DNA of 63,930 nucleotides, the filler included, from Pirum gemmata (Eukaryota): NCBI GenBank assembly GCA_002812295.1. It is 25 parts of 25 records of this genome, joined end to end, with 100 filler letters (N's around TTAATTAATTAA, not from the genome) between each part and the next. Parts side by side here need not be neighbours in the genome. Positions count along the whole stretch, not along the records: positions 11,244 to 13,442 come from PDIN01007917.1; positions 13,543 to 15,686 come from PDIN01007918.1; positions 15,787 to 17,972 come from PDIN01007919.1; positions 18,073 to 20,229 come from PDIN01007920.1; positions 20,330 to 22,445 come from PDIN01007921.1; positions 22,546 to 24,743 come from PDIN01007922.1; 19 more parts are not named here. One strand, given 5' to 3'. A model generated the notes under the pieces. That model saw only the letters and a list, made by a program, of their open reading frames with translations. It searched no databases and was not told where the DNA came from. Positions 11,395 to 23,093 of the stretch are shown piece by piece. The position numbers were made by a program, and so were the translations under genes. Numbering within the stretch: position 1 is the first letter of the stretch; each line of letters opens with the position of its first letter.

Positions 11395-12972
11395 ATGAAG
11401 TTTGCTACTTCTTTTGCTGCTGCATGCCTTGTCGCTGCTGCACAAGCCAATACACAACAATGTGATGACAGCAACACCTGTAGCTTATGGTTCAAAAACG
11501 ATAGTTGTGCTAAACATCAAAAAGTTGTTAAATCCACTCTTGTTCCCGATCAGGCTCATTGTATAGGGGATCGTTGCGTCCATAGATGTTGTGAAGACAA
11601 AAACAAGTACACTTGCGCTGACTATGACTTCCAAATAAATGGCCAAGACCCTTACAAATTCACAGCAGTTCAAACTAACAATGGTCCCCAAAAGTTGACT
11701 GTAACTACTACCCTTGATGCCAATATTAATATTCTCACCCAAGATGACGCTGAAGATGCAGAAGTTTTGACTAGTAAATGTCTTTTGACAACCAAGAAAG
11801 GGGTAGCAGACTCTACTTGGATTAGTGGTACACCAAACAAAGAGTTTAATGGGGTTGTAAGATTCCAATTCAAAGCTGGGAATGATAATTGTGAATATAA
11901 CATCCCGGTTGATGGAGGTACAAAAGGTGTTAAAGGTAGCAAATGTGTAGTGGCGGGTGATCCTCATATCGTATCTTTAGACAATAAGAACTTTAACTAC
12001 CATGCGGGTGAATATATGAATATTTACAAATCTGAAGATTTCGAAATAAAGGGTAGAAACTATCACCTCAATGCAAGGAGAACGGGAGCATCTGCTTTAC
12101 AAAGATTACGGATACAGTATAAGGACACTGTTCTTGACTTCCACACCCAGGATAATAAGAGATTCCTCCACACGTTAAGCAGAAAAACACTTAATAATTC
12201 ACAACCAGAACACATTTGCTATAAACTACTACTAAATACAAAATCAGATAGACGGTATGCGTTTCATTTCCCCGATGGATCTTACTTTCAGGTGACGAGT
12301 AAAAACGGCGGTAGAGGATGGGGTATGTATCTTAATATTGAAGAATGGAAACCAAGTAATAGATTTAGAAATAAAGTTGATGCAGGCGTTTGTGGTAATT
12401 GGGATGGCAATCAGTCCAATGATATGACAAAAGAGTGGGTAAAAACATTCAAAACCAAGAACTTAAATTCTAATGGGACATTGAAACGTTCTCATTTGCC
12501 AGATGGCACTACTATGCAAACATGTGGTGCCACAGGAAAGGTTGAAAATTCCATGTGTGATGTTATTCCAGGTTTCTCTTTATTGTCAGAAAAAGATCTT
12601 GGTGGTGTTTTTGTCAGTGATGCTGGGGACAAGTTTCAAGATAATTCCTCTTGTGATAGTTTAAATACTTCTGAGTGGGGTAAATTGGCAGTTAGTAGTG
12701 GTTGTAAAACCCACAATGAGCTTCACACTATGAAGAATAACTGTCTGTTTGATAAAAAGCATGGAGATCTGGCAGCAGCCACTGAATCTATCAGTCTTCT
12801 TGTTAATGAATGCATTCAAGAAGCCATTGAAAGTGGTAAGCCTGACAGCCACACATTTTATCAATTCGCCAAAAAGAACGACTTTAACTCATGCAATTTC
12901 CCAGCAGGAGGTTCCCCAAGTTCCAAGGGTTGTAATTGCAAAACTGGTTTCACAGGATCTTCATGCGATTAA
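11395..12972 (+). CDS. Secreted von Willebrand factor type D (VWD) domain protein with Cys-rich ends
   Basis: 525-aa intronless ORF with signal peptide MKFATSFAAACLVAAAQA; VWD hallmarks CVVAGDPHIVSLDNKNFNY and GVCGNWDGNQSND; C8-like Cys region; terminal EGF-like CNCKTGFTGSSC. Confidence 0.88.
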   Translation: MKFATSFAAACLVAAAQANTQQCDDSNTCSLWFKNDSCAKHQKVVKSTLVPDQAHCIGDRCVHRCCEDKNKYTCADYDFQINGQDPYKFTAVQTNNGPQKLTVTTTLDANINILTQDDAEDAEVLTSKCLLTTKKGVADSTWISGTPNKEFNGVVRFQFKAGNDNCEYNIPVDGGTKGVKGSKCVVAGDPHIVSLDNKNFNYHAGEYMNIYKSEDFEIKGRNYHLNARRTGASALQRLRIQYKDTVLDFHTQDNKRFLHTLSRKTLNNSQPEHICYKLLLNTKSDRRYAFHFPDGSYFQVTSKNGGRGWGMYLNIEEWKPSNRFRNKVDAGVCGNWDGNQSNDMTKEWVKTFKTKNLNSNGTLKRSHLPDGTTMQTCGATGKVENSMCDVIPGFSLLSEKDLGGVFVSDAGDKFQDNSSCDSLNTSEWGKLAVSSGCKTHNELHTMKNNCLFDKKHGDLAAATESISLLVNECIQEAIESGKPDSHTFYQFAKKNDFNSCNFPAGGSPSSKGCNCKTGFTGSSCD

Positions 12973-14360
12973 TTTTTTTTTCTTTATTTCTAACTGCAAA
13001 TTTCTATGTTAATTAAATTTGTTTAAAATCAATAATCATATATGTATATAATATTATGGAACCAGAACTTGATATATGGAACTAGATTGGATCTTTTGGA
13101 CCTTTGGTATTAATAAATATTATAATATTATATGTAGTTGATAAAAATAAGTTAGAATTTCAATAAATTTATAATTATATGTATGAAAATTATAATAAAT
13201 AATAATAAAAAAACAATATAACAATAAGAATGTAAAATGATATTATAATATAATAACATAATAATAATAATATAATAATAATTAGTATTTGGTTGGTTAT
13301 AATATTTAAATTGACATTTTTAAATGAATAAGTAAATAATAGAATATACCAAATTAAATGAAATGCATTTATATTGTATTAATTTGGTACTCTTTATTGT
13401 ATATTTTATGATGACAAAACAACTGAAAAGCACAATAATAATNNNNNNNNNNNNNNNNNNNNNNNNNNNNNNNNNNNNNNNNNNNNTTAATTAATTAANN
13501 NNNNNNNNNNNNNNNNNNNNNNNNNNNNNNNNNNNNNNNNNNAAAAATAACAATAACAATAACAATAGCAATAAAAATTTAATAACAATAACAATAACAA
13601 TAACAATAACAATAACAATAACAATAACAATAACAATAACAATAACAATAACAATAACAATAACAATAACAATAACACAGGCGTTGATTACATTTTCTGC
13701 TTCTTCCATTTCGACTAATTTTTCAATACCCTTTTCTATGTTGCTTTTATGGTTCAGCTATGATCTTCTTTACTTCAAATATTTATTTGGTTGTTTATAA
13801 TATTTAAATTGATACTTTTAAATAAATAAATATATAATAAAATATACCAAATCAAATGAAATGGATTTATATTGTATTAATTGGGTACTATTTATTGTAT
13901 ATTTTAAGACGACAAAATAACTGAAAAGAGGATAATATTCTATAATATTGTGGTTATGATCTCAGTGGTTATGTGGTTTCTTTTTTTACTCTGTCTTCAA
14001 TCAATGAAAGGCCTTGAAAAACCAAAAAGGTGAAGGTCTACAAACCGAACACTCCCGAGTCCCCACCCCTACTACTAGAGCTAGCTAGGAGTAAAGTTTT
14101 AGCTAGTAACTAGACCAAAAAAAAATTAATACTACTAATAATACTAATGTTAATACTAATCCTAATTATAAATTATAATATTTAAAAAGCAATCAAAGTC
14201 AACATACTAATACTAATACTAATACTATTAAAATAGTAATACTAATAATAATAATAATAATAATGAATTCGGATTGCTCAAAAAAAATTATTGAGCAACA
14301 CTACAATAATTATTATTTATATTTTTGAGAAAAAAAAAAAATTTGAGCAACACTTTCAGA

Positions 14361-14512
14361 AGTAGGGGTGAGATGACGTCATTTTATTATTACCGAACAG
14401 CTGCCGAAACCTTTCCGATTTTATGGTTTTTATAACTGTTTTTATTACTATTAATGTAAGGCTCGATAAGCATCTGTTCGAAAAAAGTTCCAGTAGATAT
14501 CTCACCCCTACT
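14361..14512. mobile_element. 152-bp MITE with 14-bp perfect TIR and 8-bp TSD
   Basis: TIR AGTAGGGGTGAGAT...ATCTCACCCCTACT, flanked on both sides by CTTTCAGA (14353-14360, 14513-14520). Related internal sequence inverted at ~15840-15885. Confidence 0.85.
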
Positions 14513-14587
14513 CTTTCAGACTATAGTTAGGGAATTGCTTGCTCCAAATACTAATACTAATAGTAATACTAATACTAATAGTAATAC

Positions 14588-14619
<32 letters not shown>

Positions 14620-15258
14620 TTGGGTCAACACTTAAACTATTTAACTCCATGGACGGATCATACTATAAAAAAGTTTAATAATGTTTTAGAAAAAGAAAAA
14701 CAATTAAGAGCAACAGTAATTGTTACTCTATATGATTTAGAAATAAAAACTAGACAATCCCTTGCTTCAATATTTAATAACAACAACATATTACTAGACT
14801 ATATTACTACAACAATAAAAAATAATTCTTTTTGTTTTTATAATTTTGTTTCTTTTTTTTATTTCTGATACTTTTAAAAATTCCATTTTGCTTTATTGAT
14901 CATTTTTTTTATTATGTTGAGACTTTATGTTGTATTTCTTTTGTGGGTGCACGTTGATTTATAAAATCAAACAATTTAGTTTAATATCATATGTATGCTT
15001 TGTCATACAACACTAATACTAATACTAATAGTAAAATTAAAAAAAATACAACAATACAATAACACATTATCAAAATATTAATTAATACTACTAAAATTAA
15101 TACTTACAATAATAATAATAATAATATATATTAATACTAATATACTAACACTAACAATAACACTAATACTAACAGTAACGTTAACAGTAACAGTAACAGT
15201 AATAATTTCTTATCATACACGTACGATATAATAGCTAATATAATACAAACTTTTATTT

Positions 15259-15442
15259 GTGCTTTTCATTTATTTGGTCACTTCGAATATTTATTTGGTT
15301 GTTTATAATATTTAAATTGATATCTTTAAAAATAAATAAACATAATAAAATATACCAAATTAAATGAAATGAATAATATTGTATTTATTTGGCACTATTT
15401 ATTGTATATTTTATAACGACAAAACAATTGAAAAGCACGATA
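15259..15442 (+). mobile_element. Family-A MITE (~185 bp), full-length copy
   Basis: TIR GTGCTTTTCA(TTTA/GTTG)TTTTGTCA...TGACAAAACAACTGAAAAGCAC(GA), usually TA-flanked. Other copies or fragments at ~13285-13435, 13775-13930, 16311-16495, 35397-35585, 35647, 35775-35955, 39949-40036, 51520-51635, 51992-52180, 52452-52646, 52678-52860, 60989-61203 and 63410-63535. Confidence 0.88.
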
Positions 15443-16310
15443 CATAGTCTACACTTTATTTTTCAAAAAAGGGCCCCACGGCGTCACTTCATACTCCATG
15501 CTCAATCAAGTTCAGAACTTCAGTCCAGACTTCAAGCTCAACACTAAAGCTCTTTAGTGACGCCGCCGCTATAAATAGAGTTTGTAACAAGTGATAATAT
15601 GCCAATTTTGGAGAAGTTGTACTTTTAATTCAGGAGGGATGAGATGACGTCATCTTACTAATTGGATGCTCGGACCGGCGAACTTCNNNNNNNNNNNNNN
15701 NNNNNNNNNNNNNNNNNNNNNNNNNNNNNNTTAATTAATTAANNNNNNNNNNNNNNNNNNNNNNNNNNNNNNNNNNNNNNNNNNNNAATCTAATTATAGT
15801 TGATACCAATTAAAGTAACAATATTAACATTAATAGTAATAAAACCATAAAATCGGAAAAGTTCCGGCAGCTGTTCAGTAATAATAATAAAAAAAGGAAG
15901 TGGGATGAGAGTGACTTGGATTACGTCACTTTTGTTGTTGTTTTTTGTTTTGTTTTTTGACCGTTTTCGGCATAGGTAAGAGTGGTAGAACTTATCCGAA
16001 ACTCTTCTTTTTTTTTCAGTCTTCCGAAGGGTAGGATAAGGTGGCCATTGACGGGCAAACCGTAGGGGCAACTAGGAAAAAGGGTATGTTTAGAAAAAAT
16101 GACGTCATTAGTTTAGTTGTTGATTATTTTATTTCAACATAATCGAATCAAACAGCTCGATTTTAATTATTTTAATGAAATCAAAAGCGAGTCAATACTT
16201 CAACTTAGCTCGAAAAATTTCGAAAATTTCGAATTAGTCTCGATTCGATGGTTTTTCCCGCATCCCCCAGTGTTTGTTACTCAATGTTACTAATCAAGTT
16301 AATTGTTATA

Positions 16311-16495
16311 GTGCTTTTTAGTTGTTTTGTCATTATAAAGTATACAATAAATAGTACCAAATAAATACAATATAAATCCATTTAATTTACTTTGGTATAT
16401 ATTATTATTATCTATGTATTGATTAAAAATGCCAATTTAAAGATCATAACCCTCCAAATAAATATTCAGAGTGACGAAATAAATGAAAAGCACGA
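16311..16495 (-). mobile_element. Family-A MITE copy (opposite orientation)
   Basis: gtgctttttagttgttttgtca...gtgacgaaataaatgaaaagcacga. Confidence 0.85.
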
Positions 16496-16875
16496 TAGTT
16501 TGTTGATTGTGATAGTATTGTGATATATATTTATTAATATATAATAACAAAATTGAAAATATTATACCATTCATAAACAAAAAAACAAATTTTAATTAAA
16601 AGTTATATATTATAATTAGGGTTAGGGTTAAGGTTTTATATTACTACTAGGGTTAGGGTTAAGATAATATTAATGTTACTGATATTATGTTAATACTAAT
16701 CAAGTTATTGTTAGTTTGTTGATATTATGATATTAATATTAATATTAATATATAGTACTAGTATTAATATTGTGGTATAGGTTATACTTATTAAGTCAGG
16801 GTTAAGGTTATATTACTAGGGTTAGGGCTAAGGTTATAAGGTCAGGGTATTATAATAATAACATTTTAATATTAG

Positions 16876-17144
16876 TTAGGGTTAGGGTTAAGGTTAGGGT
16901 TAAGGTTAGGATTAGGGTTAGGGTTAGGGTTAGGGTTAGGGTTAGGGTTAGGGTTAGGGTTAGGGTTAGGGTTAGGGTTNNNNNNNNNNNNNNNNNNNNN
17001 NNNNNNNNNNNNNNNNNNNNNNNNNNNNNNNNNNNNNNNNNNNNNTAGGGTTATAAATTAGGGTTAGGGTTAGGGTTAGGGTTAGGGTTAGGGTTAGGGT
17101 TAGGGTTAGGGTTAGGGTTAGGGTTAGGGTTAGGGTTAGGGTTA
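16876..17144 (+). repeat. Interstitial telomere-type (TTAGGG)n array
   Basis: Perfect TTAGGG hexamers spanning an internal gap, with non-repeat sequence on both sides. Confidence 0.9.
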
Positions 17145-18072
17145 CGATTACGGTTTAATTTGGTTTGTTATGATCACTTCGATTACATAAAAAATGAATT
17201 AGGTTCGATTTCGATTTAGTTACTTCGAATCACTTTTTTGAAGTTCCCTCTAGCTAGCTAGCGAGCATTCAAATACACTACGTAACGCCAATTTCCGATC
17301 AAATACAGCTTCAAATACCCCTACATACCTACCCCTCGACGTTAATTTCCCGTCACACTCCACCTACCTACCTACCCCTTGACGTGACCTAGTCCAGTAG
17401 GCTTTTTCAGTGCCTTTTCCGGTTCTAAGGAATTCAGTGGGCAATTAACCAATCCGAAACCGGAATAAAAAAATACTAAATATATTTTATAAGCTACCAA
17501 TTAAGTTAATATGGTAGGATATTGTTAATTAATATGTAAATTAAAAAAGACCAAATAAATTTTGAAGTACCCAATTAAAAAAAAAGTCAAAATTTTTTCA
17601 AGAAAATCTTTGTAAAAAGCAATTTTGGAAAGTAGAAGTGAAGTAGAGCTGAGTAGATATGGCTATGATAGCTCGTTATTTTGAACAAAAAAGAAAAATT
17701 CGAATTATTTCATAAAAGCTACCAAAAAGTACTTATTTTGTATCCAATAATAATAAAATACTTAATTAGGTACTTTTTATTACTAAAAAATGCTTCAATT
17801 AAAACTTATAAGATGTCAAAAAGAACAAGGTAAGATCGATTTTAATTTTTCTTATCAAACAAAAAATTGTGAATGAAAAGAATAAAAAATGAAAAAAAAT
17901 GAAAAAAAATGATATAATAATGTATTAGTATTAGTATTATTATTATTATTGTTATTATTATTATTTATTATTNNNNNNNNNNNNNNNNNNNNNNNNNNNN
18001 NNNNNNNNNNNNNNNNTTAATTAATTAANNNNNNNNNNNNNNNNNNNNNNNNNNNNNNNNNNNNNNNNNNNN

Positions 18073-18360
18073 TTCCATTTTTTCGGGTTTATAAATAAAT
18101 AAATATACTCGAATACTTAACTGTAAGCTTAAAATGTTCGAACTTATTTAATTAATAAATAGGCTTGAAAACTCGATTTTTATAAAAGAGCAGAATTGGG
18201 AGCCACCCAGTAGCTGAAGCTTAGGCTTCTCCCAATTCTACTCTGTTGAAAAATCGAGATTTCGAGTCTATTTGTATTAATTAATAAGTTCGAAATTTTC
18301 AAGCTTACAATTAAGTATTCAAATATATTTATTTATTATAATAAACTCGAAAAATATGAA
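18073..18360. repeat. Long foldback inverted repeat (~130-bp arms)
   Basis: Left arm ...gaatacttaactgtaagctt...gagcagaattgggag is complementary to right arm ctcccaattctactc...aagcttacaattaagtattc.... The left-end sequence recurs at ~53001-53030. Confidence 0.85.
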
Positions 18361-18465
18361 TTTTTTTTTTTTCGAATGGAGCTGAATTTTGGCTTTTTTT
18401 GACAGAGCTTTGACAGCAGAAATTTGAGTTTTCGGGTTTGAGCAGAATTGGGAGAGAGGCTTACT

Positions 18466-18700
18466 GAAGCTTTTGAAAAAGTGTATTTCAATTGGTTTAA
18501 AATGGACAAAATTTGAAGCTTTTGAAAAAGTGTATTTCAATTGGTTAAAAATGGACAAAATTTGAAGCTTTGAAAAAAGTGTATTGGTTAAAAATGGACA
18601 AAATTTGAAGCTTTTGAAAAAAGTGTATTTCAATTGGTTGAAAATGGACAAATTTTGAAGCTTTTTGAAAACTTGTATTTCAATTAGTCAAAACTGGACT
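18466..18700 (+). repeat. ~49-bp tandem repeat, about 5 copies
   Basis: Unit gaagcttttgaaaaagtgtatttcaattggttaaaaatggacaaaattt. Confidence 0.9.
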
Positions 18701-20158
18701 AAATGTTTATTTTTTACATTTTTTTATAACCACAAACATTCTCAGCAGTCAGCACAAACATTGCTTGGTTTTATTGGATAAAAATGAAACAAAAGAGTAA
18801 ATAAATAAGTTTTTTTGGCTGTAAATAGGCTTGTGTAAGTCTTATGTGTATAATAAGGCTAGTGTAAGTCCTTTGTGTTTGTATGGTATTCTGTGAATAT
18901 CAGTTTGTTGCATTGTGTTTAATACTGAGTAGTATTAGTGTTTGTTTTGATACTGTGGGGTGTCAAACTGTAAATAGGCTTGTGTAAGTCCTATGTTTAT
19001 AAGGCTAGTGTAACACTGTCGTCCTGTTTTCCCTTTTCTATGAGAAAAAGGAGGATCAGTAGGTTACAGTTATTATCATTATAGTTTTAATTATAATTGT
19101 AGTTTGTTGAGTTCTTTCATAATACTTTGGTATAAGTTATTGATTTAATTTTCGTTCGGTTTTAAAAATCTTGTTGTACTTTTCACAATAATACCGTAAT
19201 ATTATAGTTTATGATTAGTAATTGTATTGTTCTTTTGTTGTAGAAATATTGGTTAGTTTTGTTCCTAATATTGGCAGTTTCCAAACAATGTAATGAAAAC
19301 AATTTTATAATACAATGTAACATCATTTATATAATGTTCTTTTGGAATTTGAAAGTATTATTATAGACGTCTAGTAGTAGTTTAGTTTAATTTGAACTAT
19401 GATAATATTATCAATGAGTAATGACCTTCCAGTAGCTATTATAAGTAATATATGAATAATTGAATATGATATTTTGTAAAAAAAAAACTAGTTTTTGAAT
19501 TTTTTGAACCTAGGGGAATTGAGATGGCAAAAAATTATTACTTAAAATAGATATTTATATCCTTAAAATAGTAGTTTACTATATTAAGTATTACTATTAA
19601 TAGTTATAAGTTGACTTTTTATAGTAATTTAAGTCAAAATTTCAATTTTGCCGTACCGTTTTATCGTTTTTATGCTTTATAATTTTTTGATGTAGGAGAG
19701 CCAGCCTAGCCTAGTTTTGCAAGTTTGCCTCAAGAGTTTGCTTGTGTTCAAAAAGTTTTAGGTTGACTTCTGGTATAAATCATTTTCTCCATTCTTTAAC
19801 AGTTCGTCTGTTAGTTCGTAACCAAACTATTAATGAAGTTGCTTACAATAATAAGGATATTTTTGTTTACAAATTTGACAACGCTCTCCTCGGTTGACTG
19901 TATATTAAAAGTAACATTTTGTTTCAAAAATTGTAAAAGGTCAGTCGCAGATTTAAATACACTGTCAAGCCATTACCACTCAACTACCATAATTGCTATA
20001 TTATATTATGTTAATTAACTAACTAACGAGACGTAACCCTTTTAGCAACCATTTTTGTTTTTTACAACTTTGCTTTACAACTATACAACACAGAATTAAG
20101 TTCAAGTAGCTTTAAAATTTGAAGTTGTTATATTGTTGTTGTAAACGTGTTATTATTA

Positions 20159-20191
<33 letters not shown>

Positions 20192-20330
20192 GTTGGTTAT
20201 TGATACGTGCACACATTATTATTATTATTNNNNNNNNNNNNNNNNNNNNNNNNNNNNNNNNNNNNNNNNNNNNTTAATTAATTAANNNNNNNNNNNNNNN
20301 NNNNNNNNNNNNNNNNNNNNNNNNNNNNNG

Positions 20331-21716
20331 ATGATGGACATGGATTGGATTGAAGAAAATGAAGTTTATAAGTTAATGTTAGTTAGTAAGTCACTAAAGC
20401 TTATTGTTTTAAATAATTTTTCAATAATAAAATTAGATGTTGTTGTTAAATTAAATATTGTTAATTTTAAAAATTTACAACAGTTAAGTTGTTTAAATCT
20501 TGAATTACCAATTGGATGTGGTAATTGGCATAATTTACAATTATTAAATTGTAGTAAACTTACTGTATTACCAAGTGAATGTGGTAATTGGCATAAATTA
20601 CAAAAATTAAATTGTAAAAATCTTACAGTATTGCCATCTGAATGTGGTAGTTGGCATAACTTGAAAACATTAAATTGTTATAATCTTACAGTATTGCCAC
20701 CTGAATGTGGTAATTGGCATAACTTGGAAAATTTAAATTGTGAAAGTCTTACAGTATTGCCACCTGAATGTGGTAATTGGCATAACTTAGCAATAATTGA
20801 TTTTCATGATCTTACAGTATTGCCACCTGAATGTGGTAATTGGCAGAACTTAAAATCATTAACTGATGAGTACCTCACAGTATTACCACCTGAATGTGCT
20901 AATTGGCAAAACTTAGAAATAATTGATTGTAATAGGCTTGAAATATTACCACCTGAATGTGGTAGTTGGCAAAAATTAAAAAGATTTGTTAATGGTGAAT
21001 TAACTAACGAATTACCACGTGAATGTGGTAATTGGTATAACTTAAAAGAATTTCTTGATTGGAGTCTTCATGAATTACCAAGTTACTGTGGTAATTGGTA
21101 TAACTTAGAAAAATTTGAAAGTCGTAATATTGAGGTATTACCACGTGAATGTGGTAATTGGTATAACTTAGAAAAATTTGAAGGTTATAATGTTAAGGTA
21201 TTACCACGTGAATGTTGCAATTGGTACAAATTAGAAAATTTACATTGTAGCGGAATTACCATTTTACCTCCTGGATGTAATTGGTTGAACTTACAATTAG
21301 TAGATTGTGAACAACTTACTGTTTTACCTGCTGAATGTGCTAAGTGGTGTAACTTACGAAAACTTGTTTGTAAGAATCTTACTATTTTACCCCCTGAATG
21401 TGCTAATTGGTCTAACTTACGAGAACTTGCTTGTTATAATCTTACTATTTTACCCCCTGAATGTGCTAAGTGGTGTAACTTACGAACACTTTATTGTAAT
21501 AATCTTACTATTTTACCCCCTGAATGTGCTAAGTGGTGTAACTTACGAAAACTTGTTTGTAAGAATCTTACTATTTTACCCCCTGAATGTGCTAAGTGGT
21601 GTAACTTACGAGAACTTGTTTGTCATAATCTTACTATTTTACCCCCTGAATGTGCTAAGTGGTATAAATTGCAAAAATTAGATTGTCCAAATCTTTCTAC
21701 AACTTCTAAGTTCTAA
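20331..21716 (+). CDS. Leucine-rich repeat protein (22-aa repeats) with F-box-like N-terminus, probably 5'-truncated
   Basis: About 18 repeats of LxxLPPECxNWxNLxxLxCxx. N-terminal MDWIEENEVYKLMLVSKSLKLIV resembles the second half of an F-box. Starts at a contig edge. Confidence 0.85.
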   Translation: MMDMDWIEENEVYKLMLVSKSLKLIVLNNFSIIKLDVVVKLNIVNFKNLQQLSCLNLELPIGCGNWHNLQLLNCSKLTVLPSECGNWHKLQKLNCKNLTVLPSECGSWHNLKTLNCYNLTVLPPECGNWHNLENLNCESLTVLPPECGNWHNLAIIDFHDLTVLPPECGNWQNLKSLTDEYLTVLPPECANWQNLEIIDCNRLEILPPECGSWQKLKRFVNGELTNELPRECGNWYNLKEFLDWSLHELPSYCGNWYNLEKFESRNIEVLPRECGNWYNLEKFEGYNVKVLPRECCNWYKLENLHCSGITILPPGCNWLNLQLVDCEQLTVLPAECAKWCNLRKLVCKNLTILPPECANWSNLRELACYNLTILPPECAKWCNLRTLYCNNLTILPPECAKWCNLRKLVCKNLTILPPECAKWCNLRELVCHNLTILPPECAKWYKLQKLDCPNLSTTSKF

Positions 21717-21769
21717 CATACATACTTTGTTTTAAACGATTAACATCTAAAAACTTAAAATATCTTCAG

Positions 21770-22034
21770 TTTTAAATTAGCGTCAAATGACTTATAATTT
21801 GAATAATTCTCTTAGTGTTAAAAAAATCACCTAAATTTGGATCTAAATCCAATAAGTCTTCTTTATTAATTCTTTTTTTTTATATATGATACCTATTGAA
21901 ATCAAAAAACGCCTGGTTCGGATTTCTCGGATGGTGTTCGGATTTTCTTTTTTTAAAAGATTCATGTTCCACTCTACTATATTTTCACGTATAAATTCAT
22001 TTTCTTCACTATCAGAGCTATAAAAATCGAACAT
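21770..22034 (-). pseudogene. Possible piggyBac-like transposase remnant
   Basis: FIRENIVEWNMN...TIREIRTRRFLISIGIIYKK..KTYW then, after a frameshift, LDPNLGDFFNTKRIIQIISHL. Resembles piggyBac IVxxTN..EI..F.GL.I..G...DYW.......R..QI...L. Judged by eye only. Confidence 0.35.
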
Positions 22035-23093
22035 TAATTCCGGATCTGGTTTTAAGTCAAGAGTTTCCGAATTTAAGTCAAGAGTTTCTTGTTTTTTAAG
22101 TCAAGAGTTTCTTGTTTTATGGATATAATAGATCATATTTTTATCATAATATTATCATATCAGGGGAACATATATATGCTTTACGTAATGTAAAAAAAAA
22201 ACTAGCTATATATACATTACGTAAAGCATATACATATTTTTTTTTATTTTTTTTTGTTTACCATACGTAATGTATTTACATGGTTTTTAGAAATATTGTA
22301 AAAAGAAACTAAAAAACGATATATACTGTAATATACCATTTGTTCTTTTGCTTTGAATTCAGTATTTCTGAAAAATTTTCCAATTGATTGGACAGAAAAA
22401 TAGGGTTATATATAAGTATATTTACATTACGTAAAGTATTTACATNNNNNNNNNNNNNNNNNNNNNNNNNNNNNNNNNNNNNNNNNNNNTTAATTAATTA
22501 ANNNNNNNNNNNNNNNNNNNNNNNNNNNNNNNNNNNNNNNNNNNNAATAATAATAATAATAATATTAATAACAATATAATGTGGGTATATATGATAATGG
22601 TTTGTTTAGTTTGTAATTAAAATACTGTTTGATATCTGTTTGATATGAAAATTTTGTAATAGTCTTAAGTTTATGATAAGTTTATTTTTCAATATAATTA
22701 AATAAAAAGAAATGAAAATAACTTAATTCCTAAATCAAATCCTCAACAATAAACGCTCAACAATAATATCTTTTTAATTAAAATAATAAACTCTTCATAT
22801 TAAAAACAACAAAACGCAAATTTTTTTTTTAAAAAAAATAAAAAAATTTAAAAACAAACAAACTGTAAAAAGAAATTTCAAATTTAAAGTAACCAAATGC
22901 AAAACTTATAAAAACAAAACTCGTAAAACACAAAAACTTATTAGCCCATTAAATGATCCATAACAAAACAAAACAAAATAAACCTTTTTTTTTGTAAATT
23001 GTTTATAAATTAATTAAGATAGGAATTTTTAAAGGTAAATAGAAAACTAGAAAAATATTATTTTCTAAAAAACTTAGAAATAGAAACAGAAAG

